DNA from: an uncultured Actinomycetes bacterium
Lineage (GTDB): Bacteria > Actinomycetota > Acidimicrobiia > Spongiisociales > DATADW01
Assembly (NCBI GenBank): GCA_963824995.1
Contig: CAWGRK010000013.1
Location: 1-64,000, forward strand
Length of the DNA: 64,000 bases
Direction: 5' to 3'
The translations under genes and the position numbers were made by a program. Below are positions 1 to 10,514 of this stretch, one piece after another. The first letter of the stretch is position 1. Each line of letters starts with the position of its first letter. A model generated the notes under the pieces. It was given only the letters and a program-made list of their open reading frames with translations, had not been told where the DNA came from and ran no database searches.

Positions 1-47
1 CCACTCCGCGTTCGGTGCGTCCGTGAACCGCCGGATAGCCTGCGCCG

Positions 48-812
48 GTGCCTTGGGACCCGACTCGCTATCTCAGATACGGCGGTCCTCGCACCCGCCC
101 TGCCATCGACCTCCTCGAGCGGGTTGCCGCAGCGGAACCCGAGTTGGTGTACGACCTTGGATGTGGACCGGGCAACAGCACGGCCCTTCTCACCGAGCGG
201 TGGCCGGCGGCCGACGTGGTGGGTGTCGATCGTTCCGAGGCGATGCTCGTCGAGGCGCGCCGCGAGGTACCGGGGGCGTACTTCGTGCAGGGCGACCTGG
301 CGACGTGGGTACCGGACCGCCCGGGTGATGTCGTGTTCAGCAACGCCACTATGCAGTGGCTCGACGAACACGAGCGGCTCTTCCCCCGCACCCTCTCCTG
401 GGTGTCGCCGGGCGGCATTCTGGCGGTCCAGATGCCGCGGAACTATCACTCACGGTCGCACCTGGCGGTGGGCGAGGTCGCATCCTCGCCACGCTGGTCG
501 GCGTCGCTCGAGGGTGTCATGCGCCCGGACCCCGTGGCCGAGCCAGAGATGTACCTCGATCTGGTCGGGCCGCTGGTCGAGTCGATCGATATTTGGGAGA
601 CCAAGTACTTCCACGTGCTCGACGGCGACGACCCAGTGCTCAACTGGCTGCGGGGAACGCTCCTCGTCCCACTCCTCGACGCGTTGGGACCGGACCGCCA
701 GGACGAGTTCCTCGCCGAAGTGGGTGAACGCTTGCGCCGGGTCCACCCCAGCAGACCCGATGGAACGACGCTGTACCCCTTCCGCCGGCTGTTTCTTGTG
801 GCTACGAAGTGA
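48..812 (+). CDS. tam: trans-aconitate 2-methyltransferase
   Basis: WDPTRYLRY...RTRPAIDLL N-terminus, SAM motif DLGCGPGNST, C-terminal YPFRRLF. Confidence 0.9.
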   Translation: MPWDPTRYLRYGGPRTRPAIDLLERVAAAEPELVYDLGCGPGNSTALLTERWPAADVVGVDRSEAMLVEARREVPGAYFVQGDLATWVPDRPGDVVFSNATMQWLDEHERLFPRTLSWVSPGGILAVQMPRNYHSRSHLAVGEVASSPRWSASLEGVMRPDPVAEPEMYLDLVGPLVESIDIWETKYFHVLDGDDPVLNWLRGTLLVPLLDALGPDRQDEFLAEVGERLRRVHPSRPDGTTLYPFRRLFLVATK

Positions 813-821
813 AGAGTCTCT

Positions 822-960
822 CCCCGGCTTGCCTCCCTCGGTGAGGGGGAGGCGAGCGAAGCGAGCGGAGGGGTGACTCCAGCGGGCGGCGCCAATCACC
901 CTCCCCCCAGCCCCCTCCTCACCGGTGAGGGGAGCCGATCACCGAGCGGATCGAGCCGAG
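822..960. repeat. REP-like palindromic intergenic element
   Basis: GC-rich hairpins gcctccctcggtgagggggaggc and ccccctcctcaccggtgaggggag with spacer gcgagcgaagcgagc. Confidence 0.55.
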
Positions 961-971
961 GGAAAGAAACT

Positions 972-997
972 GCCGTCCGCGTCGCCGTCCGCCGTCT
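972..997. repeat. degenerate heptamer tandem array (GCCGTCC-like)
   Basis: gccgtccgcgtcgccgtccgccgtct upstream of leuS. Confidence 0.6.
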
Positions 998-1086
998 GAG
1001 GTCGCGCCCGTCAAGGCTGAATTCTCGAACGGCGCTCCACTGACCTGGCATTACCCTGTCCGGCTCCGAGGCCAGGAGCGCAGTAG

Positions 1087-3522
1087 GTGCCGGCGTACGA
1101 CGTCACCACCGTTGAGAAGAAGTGGCAGGACCGCTGGGAGTCGGAGCGGACGTTCTACGTCACCGAGGACCCGGATCGGGCCAAGTACTACAACGTCCAG
1201 ATGTACCCGTACCCGTCGGGCGACCTGCACATGGGGCACCTGCGCAACTACGGGTACCTCGATCTGCTCACGCGGTATCGCCGGATGCAGGGTTTCAACG
1301 TCCTGGCGCCGATGGGTTGGGACTCATTCGGCCTGCCCGCCGAGAACGCTGCCATCCAGACCGGTATCCATCCCCGCGTCTTCACCGAGGAGCAGATCGC
1401 ACGGATGAAGGTGCAACTGCGCCGTCTCGGCGCCGTCTACGACTGGGACCGCGAGCTGGCCAGCCACACCCCGGAGTACTACCGCTGGGACCAGTGGCTG
1501 TTCCTGCGCCTCTTCGAGCGCGGGCTCGCATACAAGAAGAAGTCACCGGTCAACTGGTGCCCAAACGACCAGACCGTTCTGGCCAACGAACAGGTCGTCG
1601 ACGGGCGATGCGAGCGGTGTGGTCATGAGGTGGAGAAACGTGATCTCGAGCAGTGGTTTTTCCGCATCACCGAATATGCCGATCGGCTGCTGAACGACCT
1701 CGACCAGTTGGACGCGTGGCCCGACCGGGTCAGGACCATGCAGGAAAACTGGATCGGCCGGTCCGAGGGGCTGACCTTCACCATGACCGTGGCCGGGACC
1801 GAGCACAGCTTCGAGGTGTTCACCACGAGGCCGGACACCGCCTTCGGGATTACATTCGCCGTGCTCGCTCCCGAGCACCCGCTGGTCGATCAGTTGGTAG
1901 CGGGGACCGAGTACGAGGAGGAGGTGAAGCGGTACGCCGCCGCAGCGCGCAAGGCGAGCGAGATCGAGCGGTTGGCCGAAGGCGGCAAGACCGGTGTCTT
2001 CATCGGCCGCCATGCGGTCAACCCGGTCAACGGGCGCGAGGTGCCGATCTTCGTGGCCGAGTACGTCCTGATGACATACGGGACGGGGGCGATCATGGCG
2101 GTCCCCGGCCAGGATCAGCGCGACTGGCAATTCGCCGAGGATCACGGGCTGGAGATCATCCGTACGGTCCAGCCGCCAGACGACTGGGAAGGTGACGCCT
2201 ACCTGGGCGACGGGCCGGCGATCAACTCGGAGTTCCTCGACGGGCTATGGATGGCGGATGCCAAGAAGCGAGTCATCGCCTGGTTCGAGGATGCAGGTTC
2301 GGGCTACGCCACGGTGCAGTACCGGCTGCGCGACTGGCTGATAAGCAGGCAGCGCTACTGGGGCTGCCCGATACCGATTGTCACTTGCCCGGCCTGCGGC
2401 TTGGTTCCTGTTCCGGACGAGGACCTGCCGGTCGTGCTTCCCGATGTCGAGGACTACACCCCGAAGGGGCGGTCCCCGCTGGCGGCGGTGGCGAGCTTCG
2501 TCGAGGTGGATTGTCCCAAGTGCGGGGGGCCGGCGCAGCGGGAGACCGACACGATGGACACCTTCGTCGACTCTTCGTGGTACTTCCTGCGATACACCGA
2601 CCCTGTCAACACCGAGACGATCTTCTCGCCCGACCGGGCTGCCTATTGGATGCCGGTGGACCAATACATCGGGGGAGTGGAGCACGCCGTCCTCCACCTG
2701 CTCTACGCCAGGTTCATCACCAAGGTCCTCCACGACGACGGCTTGGTGGCGGTCGAGGAGCCGTTCGCCCGGCTCTTCACGCAGGGGATGCTGACTCTCG
2801 GCGGGCGGGCGATGTCGAAATCCAAGGGGAACGTGGTCGCCCCCGACTCCTTCTACCTGCGGTACGGAGCGGACGCCATCCGTCTCTACGAGTACTTCAT
2901 AGGGCCGCCCACCGACGACGCCGAATGGAACGAGTCTGGGATCGACGGGACCAGCCGTTTTCTCGACCGGGTCTGGAGGATGGCGTCGGGAGATGTCGGG
3001 GAATTGGTGGATCGGTCCCCCGACGATGCCGACCGGGAGTTGCTCGCCGAGGCGCACCGCACCGTTCGCAAGGTGACCGAGGACATCGACCGGTTCAGCT
3101 TCAACACTGCGGTGGCGGCTCTGATGGAGTTGTCCAATGCGATCAGCGCCAGGCTGCGCTCAGGGGATGGTCTGGCCCGGGGGACCTTCGACACCGTGTT
3201 CGACATGTTGATTCGGATGCTGGCGCCGATGGCACCGCACGTATCGCACGAGATGTGGGAGCGACGAGGGCATGACACGATGCTGGCGCTAGAGCCTTGG
3301 CCGGGATGGGACGAGGCACTGGCTGCGGAGACCTCGGTCACCCTGGTTGTCCAGGTCAACGGCAAGGTGCGGCACCGCATCGCCGTGCCCCCGAGCGTGT
3401 CTGCGGCCGAGGTGGAGCGGATGGCGCGTGAGTCTCCGCAGGTTGCACGCTGGCTCGACAACGCGACTGAACGTACGGTGGTGGTCCGGCCACCGAACCT
3501 GATCAACTTCGTGGTGGACTGA
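1087..3522 (+). CDS. leuS: leucine--tRNA ligase
   Basis: [11 protein letters not shown] (HIGH), FTTRPDT editing domain, [17 protein letters not shown] (KMSKS variant), VQVNGKVR. Confidence 0.98.
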   Translation: MPAYDVTTVEKKWQDRWESERTFYVTEDPDRAKYYNVQMYPYPSGDLHMGHLRNYGYLDLLTRYRRMQGFNVLAPMGWDSFGLPAENAAIQTGIHPRVFTEEQIARMKVQLRRLGAVYDWDRELASHTPEYYRWDQWLFLRLFERGLAYKKKSPVNWCPNDQTVLANEQVVDGRCERCGHEVEKRDLEQWFFRITEYADRLLNDLDQLDAWPDRVRTMQENWIGRSEGLTFTMTVAGTEHSFEVFTTRPDTAFGITFAVLAPEHPLVDQLVAGTEYEEEVKRYAAAARKASEIERLAEGGKTGVFIGRHAVNPVNGREVPIFVAEYVLMTYGTGAIMAVPGQDQRDWQFAEDHGLEIIRTVQPPDDWEGDAYLGDGPAINSEFLDGLWMADAKKRVIAWFEDAGSGYATVQYRLRDWLISRQRYWGCPIPIVTCPACGLVPVPDEDLPVVLPDVEDYTPKGRSPLAAVASFVEVDCPKCGGPAQRETDTMDTFVDSSWYFLRYTDPVNTETIFSPDRAAYWMPVDQYIGGVEHAVLHLLYARFITKVLHDDGLVAVEEPFARLFTQGMLTLGGRAMSKSKGNVVAPDSFYLRYGADAIRLYEYFIGPPTDDAEWNESGIDGTSRFLDRVWRMASGDVGELVDRSPDDADRELLAEAHRTVRKVTEDIDRFSFNTAVAALMELSNAISARLRSGDGLARGTFDTVFDMLIRMLAPMAPHVSHEMWERRGHDTMLALEPWPGWDEALAAETSVTLVVQVNGKVRHRIAVPPSVSAAEVERMARESPQVARWLDNATERTVVVRPPNLINFVVD

Positions 3523-3543
3523 GACCGACAAGACTGGCGGGCG

Positions 3544-3972
3544 ATGGCGTTCAGACAGGAACGGCTGGGTGGCAAGGCGAGAACACGGACTGCTGGCTCG
3601 CTGTTCCGAGATGCCGGTGTCGACATCGCCGAGGTCCGGAGACGGCTTCCCGGAGTGGAGCCCTACGGGGTTGCGGTGAGGCCGGCGCCGGCAGCGGTGC
3701 ACGCCGTATGGGGGCGGTCCACCGCGGCGATGGCGATGGCCGGCGTGGTGTGGGTCCGCCCCGACCTGCTGGCCCCCGGGCGGCTCCCACCAGGTCTTCT
3801 CCTCCACGAGTTGGTCCACATCCGGCAATGGCGCCGCATGGGCCGGATCGGATTCCTCCGGCGCTACCTCGGTGCGTATGCATCTGGCAGGCTCCGCGGT
3901 CTTTCACACCAGGAGGCTTACCTGTCGATACCGCAGGAGGACGAGGCCCGCAGGCTTGGCAACTGGGACTGA
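3544..3972 (+). CDS. DUF4157-like HExxH protein
   Basis: LLLHELVHIRQW motif and downstream ExEAR. Confidence 0.6.
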   Translation: MAFRQERLGGKARTRTAGSLFRDAGVDIAEVRRRLPGVEPYGVAVRPAPAAVHAVWGRSTAAMAMAGVVWVRPDLLAPGRLPPGLLLHELVHIRQWRRMGRIGFLRRYLGAYASGRLRGLSHQEAYLSIPQEDEARRLGNWD

Positions 3973-3974
3973 CC

Positions 3975-4376
3975 TCAGGCGGTCTCGATCAACTCCAGCA
4001 GCGCAGCGGCGTAGGCGTCCGCCGCCTCCGCCGAATCGAAGTGCCTCGTTCCGGACCCGACACTCACCGTGCACCGGTACCCATCGGGCGTCCGCACCAG
4101 CGCCACCAGGTTGGCGCCCACCCGCTCCCGCAATTGGGCCTCGGACGGCATCCAGACCACGTCCTCACTGAGGATCCAGTCGAGTGACCACTCGACGACG
4201 CCGTTGAAGGTGATGGTGCGGAGCCCGGCGATCTCTGCTATCTCGGTGGAGAGGTCGGCGACCACGAAGAGGCGGTCATCGAGATCGCGGTCGGGAATGG
4301 CGAACACGTCGTGTGGTTGCGGTGCCCACTCCAACCCGGCATCGCGCAGCCTTATGGCGAGCGAGCGTGAGATCAC
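3975..4376 (-). CDS. conserved actinobacterial hypothetical protein
   Basis: LAxRLRDAGLEWxP, FNGVVEWSLD, WMPSEAQLR motifs; TACCGT -10 7 nt upstream. Confidence 0.7.
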   Translation of the reverse strand: MISRSLAIRLRDAGLEWAPQPHDVFAIPDRDLDDRLFVVADLSTEIAEIAGLRTITFNGVVEWSLDWILSEDVVWMPSEAQLRERVGANLVALVRTPDGYRCTVSVGSGTRHFDSAEAADAYAAALLELIETA

Positions 4377-4398
4377 CGGGTCAACGGTACCGGCGAGG

Positions 4399-5199
4399 TC
4401 ACTCTACGACGACGCCCGTGAGGTCCTCAGTGGGTTCGGGATATGACATCCCGAACCCGTCGAGCGTCTCCACGATGACCGATGCCAGCAGATTGTCCCG
4501 GTACCAGCGGTGGTTGGTTGGCAACACGTACCACGGTGCCCACTCTGTGCTGGTGGCACTGATCGCCTCGCTGTATGCCGTCATGTAGTCGTCCCATCGG
4601 GCACGTTCTGCAAGGTCGCCGGGGTTGAACTTCCACCACTTCGTAGGGTCGTCGATCCGCTCTTGTAGCTGCTTTCGCTGCTCGTCTTTCGTGATGTGGA
4701 GGAAGAACTTGAGGATGGTGGTGCCCTCCTCGGCGAGCATCTTCTCGAAGGCGTTGATCTGCTCGTAGCGCCGGCGCCACACCGATTCGGGGACGAGTTG
4801 CTTGACCCTCACCACTCCGACGTCCTCGTAGTGGCTCCTGTTGAAGATGGCGATCTCGCCATTGCCAGGCACGTGGCGATGGATCCGCCAGAGATAGTCG
4901 TGCGCCAGTTCCTCCGCGGTTGGCGCCTTGAACGAGATCACTTTCACCCCGACGGGGTTGACACCCGAGAAGACATGGCGGACCGCGCTGTCTTTGCCCG
5001 ATGCATCCATGCCCTGGAGAACGAGCAGCAGCCGGTGCTTGTGCTCGGCCCAGAGGAGTTCCTGGAGGACTTGAAGCCGCTCGGTGAGCTGGTCGGTCGC
5101 CTCCTCGGCTTCCGACTTCGTCTCGAACCTCCCGGTGTCTTGTGCCATCCGGTCGTCGAGGATGACATCGGCGCCTTGTGTGACGCGGTACTTGTCCAT
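4399..5199 (-). CDS. ppk2: polyphosphate kinase 2 family protein
   Basis: QGMDASGKD Walker A, FNRSHYEDV, KWWKFNPGDL. Confidence 0.95.
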   Translation of the reverse strand: MDKYRVTQGADVILDDRMAQDTGRFETKSEAEEATDQLTERLQVLQELLWAEHKHRLLLVLQGMDASGKDSAVRHVFSGVNPVGVKVISFKAPTAEELAHDYLWRIHRHVPGNGEIAIFNRSHYEDVGVVRVKQLVPESVWRRRYEQINAFEKMLAEEGTTILKFFLHITKDEQRKQLQERIDDPTKWWKFNPGDLAERARWDDYMTAYSEAISATSTEWAPWYVLPTNHRWYRDNLLASVIVETLDGFGMSYPEPTEDLTGVVVE

Positions 5200-5212
5200 G
5201 AGCCTGGAACCT

Positions 5213-5233
5213 AGACGGCAGACGGCAGACGGC
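5213..5233. repeat. heptamer tandem array (AGACGGC)x3
   Basis: three exact units abutting the ppk2 -10 hexamer. Confidence 0.85.
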
Positions 5234-5319
5234 AGAGCAAGCGAACACCCTTCTATTTGTCAGTGCCCGGTGGTACCTATCGACTGGCGGTGGGGTGCGG
5301 GCCTGACGACTGGAAGGTG

Positions 5320-5922
5320 ATGGCCGTGGCGCGGTGGAGATTGGTGGTTGCGAGCATCGTGGCGGCGGCTGCCGCTGCGGGTGTCTGGTGGTGGGGCCGG
5401 CCTCCTCCGCAGCCAGACCTGAGCGCCGAAGAGGTGACGGCATCCGGCGATCCGCCCGCTCGCCCCAACGAGGAACAGCAGGCCGCGGCAGGTCAACTGG
5501 TCGTCCACGTATCGGGTCCCGTGGCACGCCCCGGCCTCGTCGTCCTCCCGGCGGACAGCCGGGTCGCCGATGCCTTGGCGTCGGCCGGAGGTGCTCTGCG
5601 GTCCGCCGACCTCGAACTGCTCAACCTGGCGGCGCCGGTGGTGGATGGTCAGCAGGTGATCGTGCCCCGGGCGGGAGGCATGGCGGCCCAGCCCGGGACC
5701 CAGCCGGTGGCAGGCGACTCGAGTGGCGCCCCGATCGACCTCAACCTGGCCGACGCGACCGACCTCGAGGACCTGCCGGGTGTCGGTCCGGTGCTCGCCG
5801 AGAGGATCGTTGCCCACCGGGAGGCAAACGGCCCTTTCGGCTCGGTCGAGGACCTGCTCGACGTCTCCGGAATCGGCGAAGGGCGGCTGGCCACGCTTCG
5901 TGACGCCGCCGTCGTCCCCTGA
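5320..5922 (+). CDS. comEA: ComEA competence DNA-binding protein
   Basis: N-terminal TM, SLBB (VHVSGPVARPG), HhH (LPGVGPVLAERI); start approximate. Confidence 0.93.
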   Translation: MAVARWRLVVASIVAAAAAAGVWWWGRPPPQPDLSAEEVTASGDPPARPNEEQQAAAGQLVVHVSGPVARPGLVVLPADSRVADALASAGGALRSADLELLNLAAPVVDGQQVIVPRAGGMAAQPGTQPVAGDSSGAPIDLNLADATDLEDLPGVGPVLAERIVAHREANGPFGSVEDLLDVSGIGEGRLATLRDAAVVP

Positions 5923-8071
5923 ACCTCTCCGCCGCTTCGTTGCACCCGACCCGGCGGCCCGTTGGGCTCTGGCGGCTGCGGCCCTCGTCTGGGCGGGAAC
6001 GGTTGCCGGGCTGGCTGGCGGCGGAAGAGCCGTGGCGGGAGCCATTGCCATCGGCGTGGTGGCGGCAATTCTGCGCGCCCAGTTGTCCACTGTCGCACTC
6101 GCCGCCGCGCTGATCCTCGGGGCCGCGGCCGGCGCGGCTCACGAACGCTCGGTAGAGGAGGGCCTGGTCTCCTCTGTCGAGGCCGGCCCGGTGAGGCTGC
6201 TGGTGAGTGCCTCGACCGACACGGTGGCCGGGTTTCACGGTGACTGGTTATTGGCTAGCCCCGAGCAGCGCTGGTCGGAAGACGGCTGGGTGCCATCGGG
6301 GAAGTCGTCCTTGCTCATTCAAGCGGACGACCTCCCCGAACTTGCCGTGGGGGAGATCGCCCTGGTGGTCGGGGAACTCGTCGACAGTCCCGGCACGGCT
6401 CGGGGTCTTTCGTACGCGGCCCGCGTCCGGGCACATCGAGTGGAGTGGCTGGCCAAGGCCAGGAACCCACTGCTGCGCGCCGGCAACTCAGTTCGGGAGC
6501 GGGTCTCGGACCGACTCGACGAAGTCGATGATCCAGCCGCGGCGCTTCTCAGCGGGTTCCTGATAGGTGACACCAGCCAGATGGCCGAATCGGATGTCGA
6601 AGCGCTGCGAGCTGCCGGTCTGTCCCACTTCGTAGCGGTCTCGGGGAGCAACGTCGCCCTGTTTCTGGCGGTGTGGTGGGTGGTGGTTGCCCCTCTTTCG
6701 CTCGGCCGCGGTACGCGGCTCGCCGCCGGCCTGATGGGGCTGGCACTCTTCGTCACGGTCACCCGTTGGGAGCCATCGGTGCTGCGTGCAGTGGGGATGG
6801 CGGCGGTGATGCTGGTCGGGCGGGCGGCCGGTCTTGCCATCAGCGGTTGGACGGCCCTCGCTGTGGCGGTGTTCGGTGCACTCCTCGTCTCACCGGGTCT
6901 GGGAATCGAGCTCGGGTTTCAGCTCTCGGTGGCGGCAACGGTGGGGATCCTCGGCGGGTCGGGCATGTTTTCCCGTGTCCGGCCCGCTTGGGTGGGCTCC
7001 GCCCTCGGGGTGACGGTCGCCGCCCAGTTGGCGGTGACGCCGATTCTGCTGGCTGCGGTCGGGCATGTTCCGCTGGTCAGCCCCTTGACAAACCTGGTTG
7101 CGGCCCCCCTGGTCGCAGTTGCCACCGTGATTGGCGGTGTCGCTGTCCTCACCGGCATCGGGATCCTCCTGCCACCTGCGTTGGCGGCGGCATCGGGCGT
7201 TCTCGCGGTGGCTCATGGTGCCGCCGAGTTACCCCAGCTCGACCTGGCGGGCGTTGCCGTCGCCGTAATCCTCGGGCTGGTGGCTCTCCGCCGCGGTTGG
7301 CGACCGCTGGTGGCGCTGGCCGGAGCCATGGCACTGGCCGTGGCGATCGGTATCCCCTCGGAAGGCCCGGACCCACCAGCCGCGGTGTTCCTCGATGTCG
7401 GCCAGGGAGATTCAATCGTCCTCCTCGGCGCTTCTGGCGGCGTGGTGCTGGTCGATGGCGGTCCCGACGGCGCCGTTGTCCTGGCCGGGCTCTCCGAGCA
7501 CGGCATAAGGAGAATCGACCTCATGGTCGTCTCGCACCCCCACGAGGACCACGTCGCCGGTCTGGTTGCGGTGATGGAGCGGATCCCTGTGGGGGAGTTG
7601 TGGCACCCCGGGTTCCCCGATGGCGGGGCCACCTTCGACCTGCTTCTCGAGATGGCAGCTGACCGAGGGATTGAGGTGGCGGTTCCCATTGTGGGGCAAG
7701 AGGTCGATGTCGGCGGGGTCGAGCTAGAGGTGATGGGACCGTTACGCCGCTACGCCTCGCCCAACGACCACTCGCTGGTGATCGACGCTCGGCTGGGTGA
7801 TCTCGACCTGCTGCTCGCCGGGGACGTCGAAGAGACCGCCCAGCACGAGTTGGGACCGATACGAGCCGAGGTGCTCAAGGTCGCCCACCATGGAGCCGCT
7901 ACCTCGGATGTCGAATGGCTCACCGGTACGGGTGCCACCTTGGCGGTGATCAGCGTCGGCCCCAACGACTTCGGTCATCCGTCCCCGGAGATCATTGCCG
8001 CCATCGAGGCCTCCGGTGCCCGCGTCGTCCGCACCGACCAAGCCGGCGACATCCTGGTTCGCCCGCCCTGA
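5900..8071 (+). CDS. comEC: ComEC/Rec2 DNA uptake protein with metallo-beta-lactamase domain
   Basis: GLSHFVAVSGSNV, PSVLRA, GFQLS, FLDVGQGD, SHPHEDHVAG, KVAHHG; start approximate. Confidence 0.93.
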   Translation: MTPPSSPEPLRRFVAPDPAARWALAAAALVWAGTVAGLAGGGRAVAGAIAIGVVAAILRAQLSTVALAAALILGAAAGAAHERSVEEGLVSSVEAGPVRLLVSASTDTVAGFHGDWLLASPEQRWSEDGWVPSGKSSLLIQADDLPELAVGEIALVVGELVDSPGTARGLSYAARVRAHRVEWLAKARNPLLRAGNSVRERVSDRLDEVDDPAAALLSGFLIGDTSQMAESDVEALRAAGLSHFVAVSGSNVALFLAVWWVVVAPLSLGRGTRLAAGLMGLALFVTVTRWEPSVLRAVGMAAVMLVGRAAGLAISGWTALAVAVFGALLVSPGLGIELGFQLSVAATVGILGGSGMFSRVRPAWVGSALGVTVAAQLAVTPILLAAVGHVPLVSPLTNLVAAPLVAVATVIGGVAVLTGIGILLPPALAAASGVLAVAHGAAELPQLDLAGVAVAVILGLVALRRGWRPLVALAGAMALAVAIGIPSEGPDPPAAVFLDVGQGDSIVLLGASGGVVLVDGGPDGAVVLAGLSEHGIRRIDLMVVSHPHEDHVAGLVAVMERIPVGELWHPGFPDGGATFDLLLEMAADRGIEVAVPIVGQEVDVGGVELEVMGPLRRYASPNDHSLVIDARLGDLDLLLAGDVEETAQHELGPIRAEVLKVAHHGAATSDVEWLTGTGATLAVISVGPNDFGHPSPEIIAAIEASGARVVRTDQAGDILVRPP

Positions 8072-8098
8072 GTGTGACGACCTGGCACACTCCGGATC

Positions 8099-8932
8099 GT
8101 GGCCACTGAGGACGCGCAGGCACCGGTGGCGCTGGTCGTAGGCGACATAACCCTCGAGTTCGACGGGACCATGACCGCGGTGATGGGGGTGATAAACGTC
8201 TCCCCCGAGTCGCGCAACCGCCAGACCATCGCCTCCACACCGGCTGAGGCTCGTGACATGGCCGAGAGATATGCCGACGCCGGCGCAGACCTGATCGACT
8301 TGGGAGCCCAGTCGTCGCACTATGAGGAGGAAACGCTCCACCCTGAGGAGGAATGGTCCCGGCTGGCACCGGCTCTGGACCAGGTCCTCTCGGTCGGGTT
8401 GCCCGTGTCGGTCGATACCTGGAAGCCCGAGGTTGCGAGGCACGCTGTCGCCGAGGGTGCGGGCCTGGTCAATGACACGGGAGGACTGCGCGACCCACGC
8501 ATGGTCAAGCTGCTTGCCGACACGGGGTCGGCGGGGGTGGCGATGCGGATCGATGGGACCGACCCCCACCGGGTGCGAACCCTCGACACGAGCGGGGATC
8601 TTCCCGGCAGGATATTCGGCGAACTGGAGCGTCTCCTCGACGGATTGGAGAACGCCGGCGTGACGAACCTGATGGTTGACCCCGGGATCGCCATCAACTA
8701 CCCGGGCGACTACGCCGCATACACGAGGCTCCAGCTGGAGGTGATCCGCCGGATCTCCGAGTTGCGCCGGCTGGGGCGGCCGGTGTTGGTGCCGATTCCC
8801 CGAAAGCAGACCCTGGCGGCGACCATGGGGTACGTGACGTTGTCGCTCGAACACGGCGCCGACATGATCCGGGTTCACGACGTCGCCGATGCGATGACGC
8901 TCGTCGAGCTAATGGGGAGGAGGATGGGTTGA
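8099..8932 (+). CDS. folP: dihydropteroate synthase-like protein (divergent)
   Basis: VMGVINVSPES, GADLIDLG, SVDTWKPEVA, VDPGI, IRVHDV. Confidence 0.8.
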   Translation: MATEDAQAPVALVVGDITLEFDGTMTAVMGVINVSPESRNRQTIASTPAEARDMAERYADAGADLIDLGAQSSHYEEETLHPEEEWSRLAPALDQVLSVGLPVSVDTWKPEVARHAVAEGAGLVNDTGGLRDPRMVKLLADTGSAGVAMRIDGTDPHRVRTLDTSGDLPGRIFGELERLLDGLENAGVTNLMVDPGIAINYPGDYAAYTRLQLEVIRRISELRRLGRPVLVPIPRKQTLAATMGYVTLSLEHGADMIRVHDVADAMTLVELMGRRMG

Positions 8933-9920
8933 GCCCGCTGCTTCATGTGAAGGGACCCGCAGACGCCGGCGCCGGAGAGCGCCAGGAGATGCTCGAGCGG
9001 GCCAAGGCCTTCTTCGGCGAGCACTCGGTCGAGGACGTGGTACGCGTCGACGTCCCGGGTAGAGGTGGAAGCGAGGGGACGATCGAGGGGGCATCGCTCC
9101 GTCACGAGCTCGAGCCCCTCATCCCGGCCCTCCAGTCGACCTCGCTCTTCGGGACCGCTTCAGGCCTGCAGGTGGTTGACGCCCAGAACCTCCTGGCAGG
9201 GGAAGCGGTCACGGTTGCACAGTTGTTGGAGCGCCTTGATCCCAGGGGTCAGGTCGTCGCCGTCCTGCTGTCGGCCGGGGCGATCCCGGCGGCGGTGGCA
9301 AAGGTCGTTCGCTCGGCGGGGACGTCGATCACGGTCAAGAAGATGCGCGAGCGGGACGCCGTCGGGTGGCTCCAGAGGGCAGCTTCGGAGAGGGGGGTCG
9401 AGATCGAGGGACCGGCCGCCGCCGCTCTTGTCCAGCGCTTTGGATCGGACGTGGCCGCGCTCGGCCAGGCGCTCGACCAATTGGTCTCGTCGGGGAACCG
9501 GATAACCCGCCAGGAAGTGCTCGACCGTTTTCGCAACAGGCCGGACGAGCCCATGTGGCACTACTCGGATGCGGTCGCCGCCGGGAAGACCGGTGAAGCG
9601 CTGCGGAGACTCGCCGATTTCCTCACGCATGGCCACCCACTGCAACTTCTCGGCTTTCTCGAGGCCGACCTCCGTCGACGCGCTATCGCCGGCGCTGCCC
9701 CCGACCAGGTCACGCTTGCCGAAGCGCTCGGTGCGAGCGCCGACGACTATCGGGTGACGCGGGCCTGGCGCGAAGGCGCGCCACCTCGGACACCGACCTG
9801 CAGAAAGCGCTCTCCGCCCTCCACCGAGCTGATCGCATCCTCAAGACCGAACCCGAGGACATCCACCGCATCACCATGGAGCGCCTCACCGTCGCCCTGA
9901 GCAGGTGGTATAGGAAATAG
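8929..9920 (+). CDS. holA: DNA polymerase III delta subunit (frameshift ~9780)
   Basis: LQSTSLFG motif; position comEC..holA..rpsT; C-terminus continues in another frame (RADRILKTEPED...) to TAG 9918-9920. Confidence 0.85.
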
Positions 9921-9940
9921 GACGGCGGACGGCGGACGGC
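9920..9940. repeat. heptamer tandem array (GGACGGC)x3
   Basis: directly follows holA stop. Confidence 0.85.
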
Positions 9941-10075
9941 AGCCAATCCTGGACCCCTCTCACGGGGAACGAACCAGCAGTGGGTGCTTTCTGGGAGGGG
10001 GTGCCCGAGGGGGAGAGGCTCCTGCCGGCCCCTCGGTCTGGTTGGGCCGGCGTGTACGGCCCAACCAGCAAGAGT

Positions 10076-10128
10076 GAGCGCGGCCGAAGGCCGCTCGATC
10101 TTGGGATGCCCGGCGGCCTGCCGCCGGG
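10076..10128 (-). terminator. hairpins downstream of rpsT (possible terminator)
   Basis: cccggcggcctgccgccggg and gagcgcggccgaaggccgctc inverted repeats; no clear U-tract. Confidence 0.4.
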
Positions 10129-10395
10129 CTACTCGAGTGAGGACTGCACCTGGCGGGAGAGGCGGGACTTGCGGCGGGCAGCGGTGTTCTTGTGGAGCAC
10201 GCCCTTGGCGACTGCCGTGTCGATCCTCTGTTGAGCGAGGCGGAGTGCCTCGGCGGCCTGGTCGGCGTCGCCCGAAGCGGCAATCTGGAGTGCGTTCTTC
10301 GACCGGGTCTTCAGCTCGGATCGAATCGACTTGTTCCGCACCTGGCGCTTCTCGTTCTGCCGGTTGCGCTTGATCTGTGACTTGATGTTGGCCAT
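10129..10395 (-). CDS. rpsT: 30S ribosomal protein S20
   Basis: MANIKSQIKRNRQ...KGVLHKNTAARRKSRL. Confidence 0.99.
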   Translation of the reverse strand: MANIKSQIKRNRQNEKRQVRNKSIRSELKTRSKNALQIAASGDADQAAEALRLAQQRIDTAVAKGVLHKNTAARRKSRLSRQVQSSLE

Positions 10396-10514
10396 TTGAT
10401 GGTCTCGCGTTCGAACTGGACCGTCTGCGTCAAGGGTTCGGCGCCCGAACGGGTGCCGGGGCGGGATGTTAGCAGCGTCGAGGCCCGGTCGGTCCGCCGT
10501 CTACCGTCCCCGGA

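Noticed and set aside
813..1086. T-box riboswitch upstream of leuS
   Set aside because: No T-box consensus or terminator/antiterminator is recognisable.
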